The notes under the pieces were generated by a model. The model had not been told where the DNA came from, did no database searches, and saw only the letters and a list, made by a program, of their open reading frames with translations. A program made the translations under genes and the position numbers. Shown here piece after piece: positions 38,213 through 47,834 of a stretch of DNA of 64,000 bases. The stretch lies in assembly GCA_963758495.1 (NCBI GenBank), contig CAVWVI010000003.1, positions 928,001 through 992,000 on the forward strand, in the 5' to 3' direction. Position 1 is the stretch's first letter, and every line of letters begins with the position of its first letter. The DNA comes from Oligoflexia bacterium. Lineage in GTDB: Bacteria; Bdellovibrionota; UBA1018.

Positions 38213-39739
38213 ATGAGTCAAGTCAGTTGGTATCGTCAGTTCGGGCTTGCCATTACTCTCGCTTTGCTCGGAACGTTAGCTTATTGGCTAGAGGTTAAAC
38301 ACAAGCCAGCAAAAGAGCAGGCCGAAGAACAATCTAAACAGATTTTTCAAATCAAAGACACGGCAGTAACCTCTATCGGATTATTGGGTGGAACAGTCAA
38401 TTCCATTGTATTCACTTGTTCTGATCTTTCTGCAAAGTTGTGCAAACCGGGAGATAATTCTAAGTGGGAAGTGTCTGAGCCGACAAGAATCAAGGCTGAT
38501 GACTCTAATGTAAATAATCTTCTCACTGCTTTGAATCATTTGAGTTCAACTTCCATCATTGATTTAAAGGACGAATCTCCAGATAAAAGAGCCAGCCTCC
38601 TTAAGGATTACGGTGTCGACACACAATCTCGAAAAACGAGTAAAAAAGTAACACTCAGCACGACTTCAGGCGAAACGGTCCTCTACTTAGGATCACCTCA
38701 TCCCATTGAAGACAGTGTTTTTGCAATAAGAGAGCAAGTCACTCCAGGACAAAAGGTCAGTGGAAATGCAGATGAAACTCATATTTATCTCATTCCAAAC
38801 TCTTTCAAAACCAACTTAAATCATGAGTTCATCTATTGGCGAGATAAAAAACTTCTCACTCTAGGCGCTCACGAAGTTGAATCATTTAAATTAGAAAGTT
38901 CTCATGATCCTGTCAGTGCTGATAGAAAAGAAGGAAAATGGTACCTTCATGTAGGTAAAGATGAACTTCCTGGAGATATCGAAAATATAGGAAGCTTCCT
39001 CAGTTCAACTACCTATCTTCTTGCTAAGGACATCATCCTCGAAAATAAGAATGATCTAAAATCTAAAGGTATTCTAAAGGGATATTCACAGTCATTTCAA
39101 CTCTCCTTACAAAAGGAAAAGGGAACCGCAAAAGACACCCCGGCTCCGATTATTTTGACGCTTTTTCAGGATAAATCGACTCATTCCGCCGGAAAAGTTT
39201 ATGCAACAGTATCTAATTTAGATCCTTTATTTGAACTTGATCCCGGTGTACAGAACCGACTTAACAAAAGCACCAAAGACTTGAGATTGACGAAATTACT
39301 GACTGCTATGGAAAGATTTTCAGCAAAGAAACTAATCTTTTCAGGTACCCCCATGGGTAGTACTCCCTTAGAGCTCCTCAATGAAAATGGGAAATGGCTA
39401 AACGCTACAGATAAGAAAGAAGTATCTCCTTTAATTGTTCAAAGTGTTTTAGATCAGCTTTCTGGAAATAAAATAAAAGAATTTCTTCAAAGCTCTTCAA
39501 TTCCTTCGGGTGAAAAAGAGGGATTGAAATTCACCTTGATTGATGAAAAAGGCGTAGCAAATCCTCAATTAATCATTTGGAAAAAAGAGGACAAATTCTA
39601 TGCTCGAGATTTAATATCTAAACGAAATGAGGCATTTTTAATTGATAATTCATTAGGAACTGCTCTTCCGTGGGATAGAAACTTTTTTAACCCACCCCCC
39701 CTCAAAACGGAGAAAAAAACGGAAGCTTCTAAAAAATGA
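38213..39739 (+). CDS. DUF4340-like periplasmic protein
   Basis: N-terminal TM segment, repeated W..K.L / W....AD units; usual fourth gene of GldAFG-like operons. Confidence 0.65.
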   Translation: MSQVSWYRQFGLAITLALLGTLAYWLEVKHKPAKEQAEEQSKQIFQIKDTAVTSIGLLGGTVNSIVFTCSDLSAKLCKPGDNSKWEVSEPTRIKADDSNVNNLLTALNHLSSTSIIDLKDESPDKRASLLKDYGVDTQSRKTSKKVTLSTTSGETVLYLGSPHPIEDSVFAIREQVTPGQKVSGNADETHIYLIPNSFKTNLNHEFIYWRDKKLLTLGAHEVESFKLESSHDPVSADRKEGKWYLHVGKDELPGDIENIGSFLSSTTYLLAKDIILENKNDLKSKGILKGYSQSFQLSLQKEKGTAKDTPAPIILTLFQDKSTHSAGKVYATVSNLDPLFELDPGVQNRLNKSTKDLRLTKLLTAMERFSAKKLIFSGTPMGSTPLELLNENGKWLNATDKKEVSPLIVQSVLDQLSGNKIKEFLQSSSIPSGEKEGLKFTLIDEKGVANPQLIIWKKEDKFYARDLISKRNEAFLIDNSLGTALPWDRNFFNPPPLKTEKKTEASKK

Positions 39740-40428
39740 GTATAATCAGAAATTATTTTTCTGATGTTTGGCAAATCCTAACGCGGCCTAGCTCATTTTT
39801 TGATCGGATGCCCACTCGAGGTAACGTGAGCTGGCCATTAGCATTTGCTTTAGTGACTCACTGGGTGGGTGTCTCCTTTGAGTTCATTTGGAACGCAGTT
39901 TTTGTCCGAAGCGGAACCTATCGTTTTTTTCAAAGTATCCTTCAATTTTCTCAAAATTATCGTAACAGCTCTGATATTGACTATGCTGGCCGAAGTGCAG
40001 AGTTCGTTCAAATGAAGGATCGCATGACCGAGTGGTTATTAGGAGCAGGTCCGATTGTTATTGATCCATTTTTGACCCTGGTCTCGGTTTTATTCACTTC
40101 ATTTCTTGTCTATTTGGGAGCACGTATTCTTGTTTCACCCGGGAAAGAGGGACATCCCGCCGAAATCACTTATGAATCTGCATTAAGAATTATATGTTTC
40201 GGAATGACGCCAGCCATCCTAGCCAGTATCCCTCTTATTGGAGGCATGCTAGCATCATTTGGCGTCATCATTGTGACGATTACCGGGGCCAAACGAGTTT
40301 ATCGAATCTCAACGAACCGAGCTATTCTTGTAGCCCTATTCCCAAAAGTGCTTTTATTTGGAATAATTGTAATGGGGCTCCTTTTCTTTGCAGTTAGTCT
40401 ATTCAAGCTATTCTCATTTTTGCTTTAA
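39736..40428 (+). CDS. Yip1 family membrane protein
   Basis: IL..PS.FF..M, multiple TM segments, IPLIG. Confidence 0.65.
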   Translation: MSIIRNYFSDVWQILTRPSSFFDRMPTRGNVSWPLAFALVTHWVGVSFEFIWNAVFVRSGTYRFFQSILQFSQNYRNSSDIDYAGRSAEFVQMKDRMTEWLLGAGPIVIDPFLTLVSVLFTSFLVYLGARILVSPGKEGHPAEITYESALRIICFGMTPAILASIPLIGGMLASFGVIIVTITGAKRVYRISTNRAILVALFPKVLLFGIIVMGLLFFAVSLFKLFSFLL

Positions 40429-40452
40429 AAGAGCCCTCCTTGGAGGGATGTT

Positions 40453-41658
40453 CTGAAATTACGCACTTTTCTCCTGAGATCGCTAGGCTTGGTTGTCTTG
40501 ATCTGTTTCGCACGTTTGTTATTTTTGATCATAATGAATTTTATTTCGATTTCTAAAAATCAGTCACCCCCCATCGACACGAGTCAAAAAAGGGCTATTT
40601 CTTCGAATCATAATTCAACGCCCCAACCTATTTTTGATATCTGCCAACATATTTATCAGTTAGTTTGCCAAAATTCAGGCACCACGCATGACCCGAGCGG
40701 ATCTGTTCGTCCCGACACCGAAGGTGAAAATCAAGCATTACGGCTTTACAAAGAAATCATACAATCCAACCCTAGCCTAAGTATTGAGCAAGTCAACGAA
40801 GCCTTAGTCACGCGCATTTTTGAGCCAAAACAAAAAGGTAGAATTGAGTCTGCATATCGTTGGTCAAAATCTGCGATTAAGCGTTTTATTGATCGTCAAC
40901 CTCCTCAGGTATTTACTGCACAGGAAAAACATCAGATTAAAGCACGGTTAGATCATATTCAACTGCAACTCCCTCCTCCCGCGTCTATCTATGACGATGA
41001 ACCTGACCTACTTACGAAAAGTGAAGTCTATTATGAACGTATGATCAATGGAGAGATGCGCCTCAGAGTGGGGGGTGCCTTTCTTTTTATTTCCAAATCA
41101 TGGTTCAATCTCATATTTACATTAGCCCACGAACAAGCCCACTCGATCGATCCGTGTGAAATTAGAGCCGCCAGGCTATCGTTTCCGGCATACGACCAGC
41201 TCACCGCTTGTTTTCTACAAAATCATTTAATTAGAACAGGCAAGGATCGATCCGAATGTGGCGCACACGACCAATTATCAGAAACCTTTGCAGATTGGAT
41301 TGCTGTTCAAGTAACAGCTGAGGCACTTCATACGTTTTCCACAGAATTTCATGGACAACAAATTATCAATGCCGCTAGAAACTCAGTACGTGACCTTTGC
41401 GCACAGGAAAACGATGGGGAGGACCTTGATGTTGATTTTCATCCATCCCCTCAGATCCGGATCGAAAGTATCTTTGGAAGAAATCCAAAAATTCGTCAAC
41501 TACTGGGCTGCGACCCCAGTAAAGAAACTCCCCCTTATTGTACCTTTGATCCGGGCACTCCTGTAAGTCAAGACACGCATTTTCTAAACTATCCAGGAGG
41601 AATACATGAAAACAAGAAGACTTTATCACTCCCTGCCCTCTTCACTTCTCCTTCTTAA
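40453..41658 (+). CDS. Membrane-anchored/secreted zinc metallopeptidase, M13-like; probable CTG start
   Basis: HEQAH, SETFADW, HPSPQIRI; in-frame CTG at 40453 lies 6 nt after GGAGG (track start 40489). Confidence 0.6.
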   Translation: MKLRTFLLRSLGLVVLICFARLLFLIIMNFISISKNQSPPIDTSQKRAISSNHNSTPQPIFDICQHIYQLVCQNSGTTHDPSGSVRPDTEGENQALRLYKEIIQSNPSLSIEQVNEALVTRIFEPKQKGRIESAYRWSKSAIKRFIDRQPPQVFTAQEKHQIKARLDHIQLQLPPPASIYDDEPDLLTKSEVYYERMINGEMRLRVGGAFLFISKSWFNLIFTLAHEQAHSIDPCEIRAARLSFPAYDQLTACFLQNHLIRTGKDRSECGAHDQLSETFADWIAVQVTAEALHTFSTEFHGQQIINAARNSVRDLCAQENDGEDLDVDFHPSPQIRIESIFGRNPKIRQLLGCDPSKETPPYCTFDPGTPVSQDTHFLNYPGGIHENKKTLSLPALFTSPS

Positions 41659-42124
41659 CTGCATATTTTTAATGAGTTCATGCAGTAGTCCACCTCGGTC
41701 CATCCAGATATCAGAATTTGAAGTTCCTGGTCCTTTATTTGAAAAAACAAAATCTCAACTACTTAAAGATAGCAGTATCGACATTCAATACATACTGGGA
41801 CACGAGCATTATCGCTTCGTTGCAACTTCCTTAGAAAATTCTGTCACCGCAAAAAGCCTCCGAGATAGGCAGATTGTAAGAAATGGTCCGATTGATAAAA
41901 ATCTCTACACAGATTTTTTTCAGAAAGCTTCAAATTTCATTAGTCACTCCAAGTCCTCGGAAAGTTCAGGTGAGAAGTCGGATAGTCACTGCAGAAGTCC
42001 CTTTACGGTTACTGTCAACATTGAAAAAGAGACCCACACTACCAAAGGATGTCGATCTACAGACAATGGAACACTGAGTAAGCTGGTCAATGACGGAGAA
42101 TTCCTCTTGTATTCCCAAAACTAA
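41606..42124 (+). CDS. Hypothetical lipoprotein
   Basis: AGGAGG SD; hydrophobic signal ending MSSC. Confidence 0.6.
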   Translation: MKTRRLYHSLPSSLLLLNCIFLMSSCSSPPRSIQISEFEVPGPLFEKTKSQLLKDSSIDIQYILGHEHYRFVATSLENSVTAKSLRDRQIVRNGPIDKNLYTDFFQKASNFISHSKSSESSGEKSDSHCRSPFTVTVNIEKETHTTKGCRSTDNGTLSKLVNDGEFLLYSQN

Positions 42125-42164
42125 TCGCATTTGATATGCCCAAAACATAAGGGGCATATCAAGT

Positions 42165-42779
42165 ATGGTATATAGGAATCGACCTGGTTCTCAAGGTCTT
42201 ATTGAGGTGATCTGTGGAAGTATGTTTAGTGGAAAGACGGAGGAGTTACTCCGCCGAGTGCGACGCGCTCAAATTGCAAAACAGAAAATTCAAGTTTTTA
42301 AGCCACTGATTGATAATCGATATAGTGCGGATCATGTCCAAAGCCATGATTCGAATCGAATCATCTCTCGGCCTCTAGAAAAAGCTCGAGACATTTTAAA
42401 ATATGTTGAGAATAACACACGGGTCGTAGGAATTGATGAAGCCCAATTTTTTGATGAAGGCGTGATCGATGTAGCTCAAAAGCTTGCATATCGAGGAATT
42501 CAAGTCATTATTGCAGGCTTAGATATGGATTTTCGTGGATTGCCTTTTGGACCTATGCCTAAACTTCTCGCCATAGCAGAAGATGTAACTAAATTGTCAG
42601 CTATTTGTGTGATTTGTGGAAACGCAGCTTCTCGAACTCAACGGCTCATCATAGACGGAAATCAAAATAATTCTAAAATTGTAGTAGGAGCCAAAGAAAT
42701 GTACGAAGCCAGATGTCGTTTTTGTCATGAACCTGATCAAGAACCTGCTAAGGTAGAACTTGATCCAGGAGACCTTTGA
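42165..42779 (+). CDS. tdk: Thymidine kinase
   Basis: [30 protein letters not shown]...YEARCR.C. Confidence 0.96.
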   Translation: MVYRNRPGSQGLIEVICGSMFSGKTEELLRRVRRAQIAKQKIQVFKPLIDNRYSADHVQSHDSNRIISRPLEKARDILKYVENNTRVVGIDEAQFFDEGVIDVAQKLAYRGIQVIIAGLDMDFRGLPFGPMPKLLAIAEDVTKLSAICVICGNAASRTQRLIIDGNQNNSKIVVGAKEMYEARCRFCHEPDQEPAKVELDPGDL

Positions 42780-43610
42780 ATGAACAAAGCTGACTTTCCC
42801 TATCCAGACTCCCAATTTAACGGAATTCAATATCAGCTCTCAGAAGTGCCTCACAAATATGGTCCAAACATACATTTATTATCCGACCCTTTTCTTCTTT
42901 CACATCTAGCTCAACTCTGCGCCGAAGAAACAACGCAACCCGTCATTAATGAGCTTGTAAACACAATCTATTCGTCATTGTTAAAAACCGTGGTCAATCA
43001 AGAATTTCCAAGGTGCCAAACCCAAATTCGCACGCGAATGGCCGCTTTCCATCCTGAAGGGATATTTCAAGGACCCATCATCGATCCTCATACCCCAGTC
43101 GTTTCAGTCAACCTTGCAAGAGCAGGAACTCTCCCCTCCCATATCTGTTATAATAGTTTAAATTATTTTATGAATCCTCGCACCGTCCGACAAGACCATA
43201 TTAGTATTGGCAGAACGACAGACGAACAAGAAAAAGTTACCGGCAGTGAGGTATCGGGACACAAAATTGGGGGCGGGACTGATGGTGCAATTATTCTATT
43301 CCCTGATCCCATGGGAGCAACCGGCAGCACGCTAGCCAGAGCGCTTGATCTTTATAAAACCCGAGGCAAGGCTCTTAAATTTATTTCTCTTCATTGTATT
43401 GTAACCCCTGAGTATTTAAAAAAAGTGCAAACTTACCATCCGGATCTTAGGGTTTACGCTGTTCGTTTGGATCGTGGACTATCTCCCAAACATGTCTTAG
43501 ACTCTGTACCAGGAACATATTGGGACCAAGAACGCGGACTCAATGATAAACAATATATTGTCCCGGGTGGCGGAGGTTTTGGGGAGGTTATGAACAATGC
43601 ATATATCTGA
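42780..43610 (+). CDS. upp: Uracil phosphoribosyltransferase-like protein (divergent)
   Basis: LARAG, DPMGATGST, LNDKQYIVPG. Confidence 0.7.
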   Translation: MNKADFPYPDSQFNGIQYQLSEVPHKYGPNIHLLSDPFLLSHLAQLCAEETTQPVINELVNTIYSSLLKTVVNQEFPRCQTQIRTRMAAFHPEGIFQGPIIDPHTPVVSVNLARAGTLPSHICYNSLNYFMNPRTVRQDHISIGRTTDEQEKVTGSEVSGHKIGGGTDGAIILFPDPMGATGSTLARALDLYKTRGKALKFISLHCIVTPEYLKKVQTYHPDLRVYAVRLDRGLSPKHVLDSVPGTYWDQERGLNDKQYIVPGGGGFGEVMNNAYI

Positions 43611-44145
43611 TGAAAAAAAGCATAAACAACATAATATTTTAATTCCTGAGGTAAAACTGCAGGCCAGAGTGACTGAACTTGCTCAAGAGATTAATCATGA
43701 TTACCGAGGGCGAGAAGTTACTGCCGTCTGTATTTTAAAAGGAAGTTTTATTTTCTTTTCAGACGTCATACGTCGCCTCGAATCACCCATGACTTGTGAA
43801 TTTCTAGGTGTCTCTAGTTATGGAAACAAGATGGTTTCTTCTGGGGAAGTCAAAGTGACTTTAGATATCAATGAACCTTTGGAGGGGCGTCACGTCATCG
43901 TATTCGAAGATATCGTAGACTCTGGACTTACCCTTTCGTATATTATGAGTTCATTACGAGCTCGAAAACCGGCATCCTTAAAAAGTTGCTCGCTCTTATT
44001 GAAACCTGATTGCTTAAAAACAAGCATTGATGTGGATTATGTAGGTTTTAAAATTGGTAAAGAGTTTGTCATTGGATATGGAATAGATTACGCAGGAAGG
44101 TTTAGAGAACTGCCTTATATTGGCTATATAGAACATGGTCACTAA
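43597..44145 (+). CDS. hpt: Hypoxanthine phosphoribosyltransferase
   Basis: ILKGSFIF, VSSYG, EDIVDSGLTL, FVIGYGIDY..FRELPYI. Confidence 0.95.
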   Translation: MHISDEKKHKQHNILIPEVKLQARVTELAQEINHDYRGREVTAVCILKGSFIFFSDVIRRLESPMTCEFLGVSSYGNKMVSSGEVKVTLDINEPLEGRHVIVFEDIVDSGLTLSYIMSSLRARKPASLKSCSLLLKPDCLKTSIDVDYVGFKIGKEFVIGYGIDYAGRFRELPYIGYIEHGH

Positions 44146-45247
44146 ATATATTCATGCACGCGCTCCGACTCGAATTGATCTTGCGGGTGGCACTTTAGAC
44201 ATCTGGCCCCTCTATCTTTTCCTCAAAGCTCCTGTCACGATCAATTTAGGTATAGACTTGTATGCTGAAGCGACCCTAGAAACCTCCTCAAAGCTGAACG
44301 AAGGACAAGTCGTTCTCAAGTCAGAAGATCAAAATGCGGAACTCAAACTTTCCTGGAAGGACTTTGAACGTTCCACCCCGATCCATCGAAACTTAGAACT
44401 TCACTTTCGATTATTAAAGTATTTTTTGGAGAAGAAAACTGCAGCAGGACTTTTTGATTCTAACATGAACCTGACCTTGACCACGCGAGCTCATAGCCCC
44501 TCAGGAGCCGGCCTAGGAGGCTCTTCTACTTTGAGTATTGCTATGATTGGAGCTTTATCTACATGGGCTTCAAACTCGAGTGCAGAACACCCATTCATTC
44601 CACAGGAAGTGGGAGAAGATTTTATTCAAATCGTACGCGACATTGAAACTACCGTAATTCAAGTACCTGCTGGGCTACAAGACTATTATGGAGCCATGTA
44701 TGGGGGACTTCAGACTCTTCGATGGGGGCCTGGTGCTCATGAGCACGAATGGTTACCGGAAGAGCTCCTCCATGAACTTGACGATCGCATATTACTTTTT
44801 TATTCAGGACATTCTAGAAATTCTGGGATCAACAATTGGGCCTTATTCAAAGGTTTCATTGATCAGCAAGACGAAATTAGGTCTAAATTTGAAAAGATCT
44901 CTCATGCTACTCAACAATTAGAAAAAGCCTTAAGAAGTCGCGATTGGATCAAGGTAGGGGAGGCAATTCAAGAAGAATGGGCCATTAGAAAGACATTGGC
45001 GTCGGGAATCAGCACTCCGGAAATCGATCGTGCAATAGCTTCAGCGTCTGAGCTCACTCCTCTTTCTTCAAAAATATGTGGTGCGGGTGGAGGTGGATGC
45101 TTTTTTATTTACCTCCCGATCAACTCAACCATTCAAAGGACTGAATTAAAAACTCGCATCCAAAAACTCATTGCCGATCAGGGCATGCGTCCGCTCGAAT
45201 TTCATGGAGTACCTCGTGGACTGGAGGTACGGGTGACTCGTGCCTGA
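44135..45247 (+). CDS. GHMP sugar kinase (HddA/fucokinase-like)
   Basis: APTRIDLAGGTLD, PSGAGLGGSS, G.QDYY, KICGAGGGG. Confidence 0.8.
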   Translation: MVTKYIHARAPTRIDLAGGTLDIWPLYLFLKAPVTINLGIDLYAEATLETSSKLNEGQVVLKSEDQNAELKLSWKDFERSTPIHRNLELHFRLLKYFLEKKTAAGLFDSNMNLTLTTRAHSPSGAGLGGSSTLSIAMIGALSTWASNSSAEHPFIPQEVGEDFIQIVRDIETTVIQVPAGLQDYYGAMYGGLQTLRWGPGAHEHEWLPEELLHELDDRILLFYSGHSRNSGINNWALFKGFIDQQDEIRSKFEKISHATQQLEKALRSRDWIKVGEAIQEEWAIRKTLASGISTPEIDRAIASASELTPLSSKICGAGGGGCFFIYLPINSTIQRTELKTRIQKLIADQGMRPLEFHGVPRGLEVRVTRA

Positions 45248-46049
45248 AACCCGAAGGTATCTCGGGATTGAGCTTGCAGGAGCAAAAAACCAAAAGACGA
45301 CACTCGCGGTTATTGAATTTTATCCAAAAGAGAAAAAAACATTCTTATTAGAAATTTTTGATCGAATTGCTAACCGAGAAAATCAAACTAATGATGAGGC
45401 CCTCTTAGAGATTATTCAAGAAATGAGCTCATTTCATTCAAAGGTGGGTGTAAATGTTCCTCTCGAACTCCCACCCTGTATTACCTGTACTCGTAAAAAA
45501 TGCCCTCTTCCTACACATTGCACCGTACCTGTTGTGAAATGGATGCGAGAATTCAGCTTAAAAAAAGATTTTACTCCATATACTCAACGGCCTATCGAGC
45601 TTTGGATTCGATATCAGGTTCTTCCTCGACTAGCAGGAAATACCTTATTTGAAGTAGATGAAACCCTGGGTGGTAGTCGAGCACCCCTCACTGCGCGAAT
45701 GAATTTTCTTAAACGACACTTAGAAGATCTTACCTTATTCGAAGTCTGGCCGAAACTTACAATGGAGATTTTGATTTCTCAGCTGAAAATTGAAAAAAGA
45801 ATTGCTAATCATTATCGAAAACTCGAAGATGGAGCTCATGCTCGTGAGGAAATCCTCACCCAATTAGCAAAAGATAATGAAATTTTTATTTATGAAAGAG
45901 ATTTTAAAAAACTTTCCCTTAATCTGGCTTCTTTTGACGCATTCATTTGTGCATTTACCGTGTTGATGGCTGATCAAAAACAGTGTGTTAAAATTCCAAA
46001 AGGATTTCCAACTGCCTCCGGGTGGGTTAACTACCCGCAGTTGGATTAA
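45240..46049 (+). CDS. DUF429-like predicted RNase H-fold nuclease with Cys cluster
   Basis: YLGIELAG, GVNVPL, CITC..C...C, EVWP, FDAFICA. Confidence 0.65.
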   Translation: MPETRRYLGIELAGAKNQKTTLAVIEFYPKEKKTFLLEIFDRIANRENQTNDEALLEIIQEMSSFHSKVGVNVPLELPPCITCTRKKCPLPTHCTVPVVKWMREFSLKKDFTPYTQRPIELWIRYQVLPRLAGNTLFEVDETLGGSRAPLTARMNFLKRHLEDLTLFEVWPKLTMEILISQLKIEKRIANHYRKLEDGAHAREEILTQLAKDNEIFIYERDFKKLSLNLASFDAFICAFTVLMADQKQCVKIPKGFPTASGWVNYPQLD

Positions 46050-46060
46050 AAAGATTACCG

Positions 46061-46984
46061 ATGTTAGCTTATATCAGTCGACGGATTTTCGGAGCCATTT
46101 GCACTCTCTTCCTTTTAACCGCTCTTACTTTTTTTCTACTACGATTAGCTCCAGGAGGTCCTTTCGACTCAGATCAAGCCTGGCCTCCAGAAATACAGGC
46201 AAATATGAACCAGAGATATGGACTGGATATGCCCGTCACTACCCAGTTTCGAATCTGGCTAACGGATTTGACCCATGGAGATCTCAGAGAATCTTTTCAA
46301 TTCACTGGACGACCGATATCTGAGCTTATTGAGGAAGCGCTGCCACCTTCTGCATTACTGGGCGGATGTGCTCTTTTCATATCTTTAATACTAGGTATTC
46401 CCATGGGATGTATTGCTGCTTGGAAACAAAAGAGCTGGATAGATCAATTCATATCAGCCATTACAGTTTCAGGACTCAGTTTACCTAGTTACCTCTTAGC
46501 CAGTCTACTCATTCTCATTTTCTCCCTCAAGCTCAACTGGCTCCCTCCCGCACTTTGGGAAAATTACAGCTCAATGGTTCTTCCGATGATCACTTTAAGC
46601 TGGAGGCCAATGGCAATTATTGCTCGGCTTACCCGCATCTCCATGCTGGAAGTTTCATCTTCTGATTATATTCGAACCGCTTACGGAAAGGGCCTTTCAG
46701 AAATTAAGGTTGTATTTAAACATAGTTTGATTAACTCGCTAGTTCCCGTGATTACCGCATTAGGTCCTATTGCAGCCAATCTCATCACAGGTTCATTTTT
46801 AGTGGAAGTGATTTTCCAAATTCCTGGATTGGGAAAATATTTTGTGCAGGCAATTCTCAATCGAGATTACCCACTCGTAATGGGTGTAACCTTAACCTAT
46901 GGGGTCATTCTTATCGTAGCAAATCTTATAGTCGATATTTTATATTCGTGGATTGACCCTAGAATTCGGATTGGAGTGCCTTGA
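46061..46984 (+). CDS. oppB: Oligopeptide ABC permease OppB
   Basis: LAPGGPF, GDLRESF, DYIRTA.GKG, RDYPLVMG, DPRIR. Confidence 0.88.
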   Translation: MLAYISRRIFGAICTLFLLTALTFFLLRLAPGGPFDSDQAWPPEIQANMNQRYGLDMPVTTQFRIWLTDLTHGDLRESFQFTGRPISELIEEALPPSALLGGCALFISLILGIPMGCIAAWKQKSWIDQFISAITVSGLSLPSYLLASLLILIFSLKLNWLPPALWENYSSMVLPMITLSWRPMAIIARLTRISMLEVSSSDYIRTAYGKGLSEIKVVFKHSLINSLVPVITALGPIAANLITGSFLVEVIFQIPGLGKYFVQAILNRDYPLVMGVTLTYGVILIVANLIVDILYSWIDPRIRIGVP

Positions 46985-46987
46985 CTG

Positions 46988-47821
46988 ATGTGGAAATGGG
47001 ATCACTTAATTAAAAATAAACTAGCTTTCATGAGTCTAATTTTCCTGATTTGCATCGCACTTCTTTCAATTTTTGCACCCTATTTGACACGGTTTTCCTA
47101 TGAAGAGCAAAACATCGTCGATAAACTTCAAGGGCCCTCACTCACTCACTGGCTAGGCACAGACGCCTTGGGCCGGGATCTCTATAGTCGAATTATTTAT
47201 GGTGCTCGGATGTCCCTCTCTGTAGGAGTATTAACGGGAATCTTCTCATTAGTGCTCGGCCTGTTGATTGGCACTATTGCAGGTTATAAAGGTGGATGGA
47301 TTGACGAATTACTCATGAGAATCGTGGATTTATTCTATATTTTTCCATCGTCACTTTTAGCAATTCTTCTCATGTTGATCTTTGGCCGCGGATTTGTTGG
47401 AATCATTTTTACACTAAGTATTACCTCTTGGATTACTCAAGCTAGACTCGTTCGAGCACAAATTCTACAAATTCGTGAATTGACCTACATCGAGGCAGCT
47501 CAAGCTCTTGGCGCTAGGAGTTATAAAATAGTGATCCGTCATATGATCCCTAATTTATTGGGTCCCCTCATTGTTTCACTCACAGTTCAAATTCCAACGA
47601 ATATTATGGCTGAAAGTTTCCTTTCCTTTATTGGTCTTGGACTTCAGCCCCCCTATTCAAGCTGGGGAACACTCTCAAATGAGGGATTTAGAGCCATGCA
47701 AAGCTTCCCCCATTTGATTATCTTCCCCGGCGGTGTACTCTTTATCACAATGCTTGCATTTAACTATTTGGGTGATGGAATCGCTGAGATTTTCTCAACC
47801 CAGCCGAGTGGACGACTGTAA
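46988..47821 (+). CDS. oppC: Oligopeptide ABC permease OppC
   Basis: HWLGTDALGRD, YIEAAQALGA, ESFLSFIGLG, FNYLGDG. Confidence 0.88.
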   Translation: MWKWDHLIKNKLAFMSLIFLICIALLSIFAPYLTRFSYEEQNIVDKLQGPSLTHWLGTDALGRDLYSRIIYGARMSLSVGVLTGIFSLVLGLLIGTIAGYKGGWIDELLMRIVDLFYIFPSSLLAILLMLIFGRGFVGIIFTLSITSWITQARLVRAQILQIRELTYIEAAQALGARSYKIVIRHMIPNLLGPLIVSLTVQIPTNIMAESFLSFIGLGLQPPYSSWGTLSNEGFRAMQSFPHLIIFPGGVLFITMLAFNYLGDGIAEIFSTQPSGRL

Positions 47822-47834
47822 AGAAGGTGAAACG

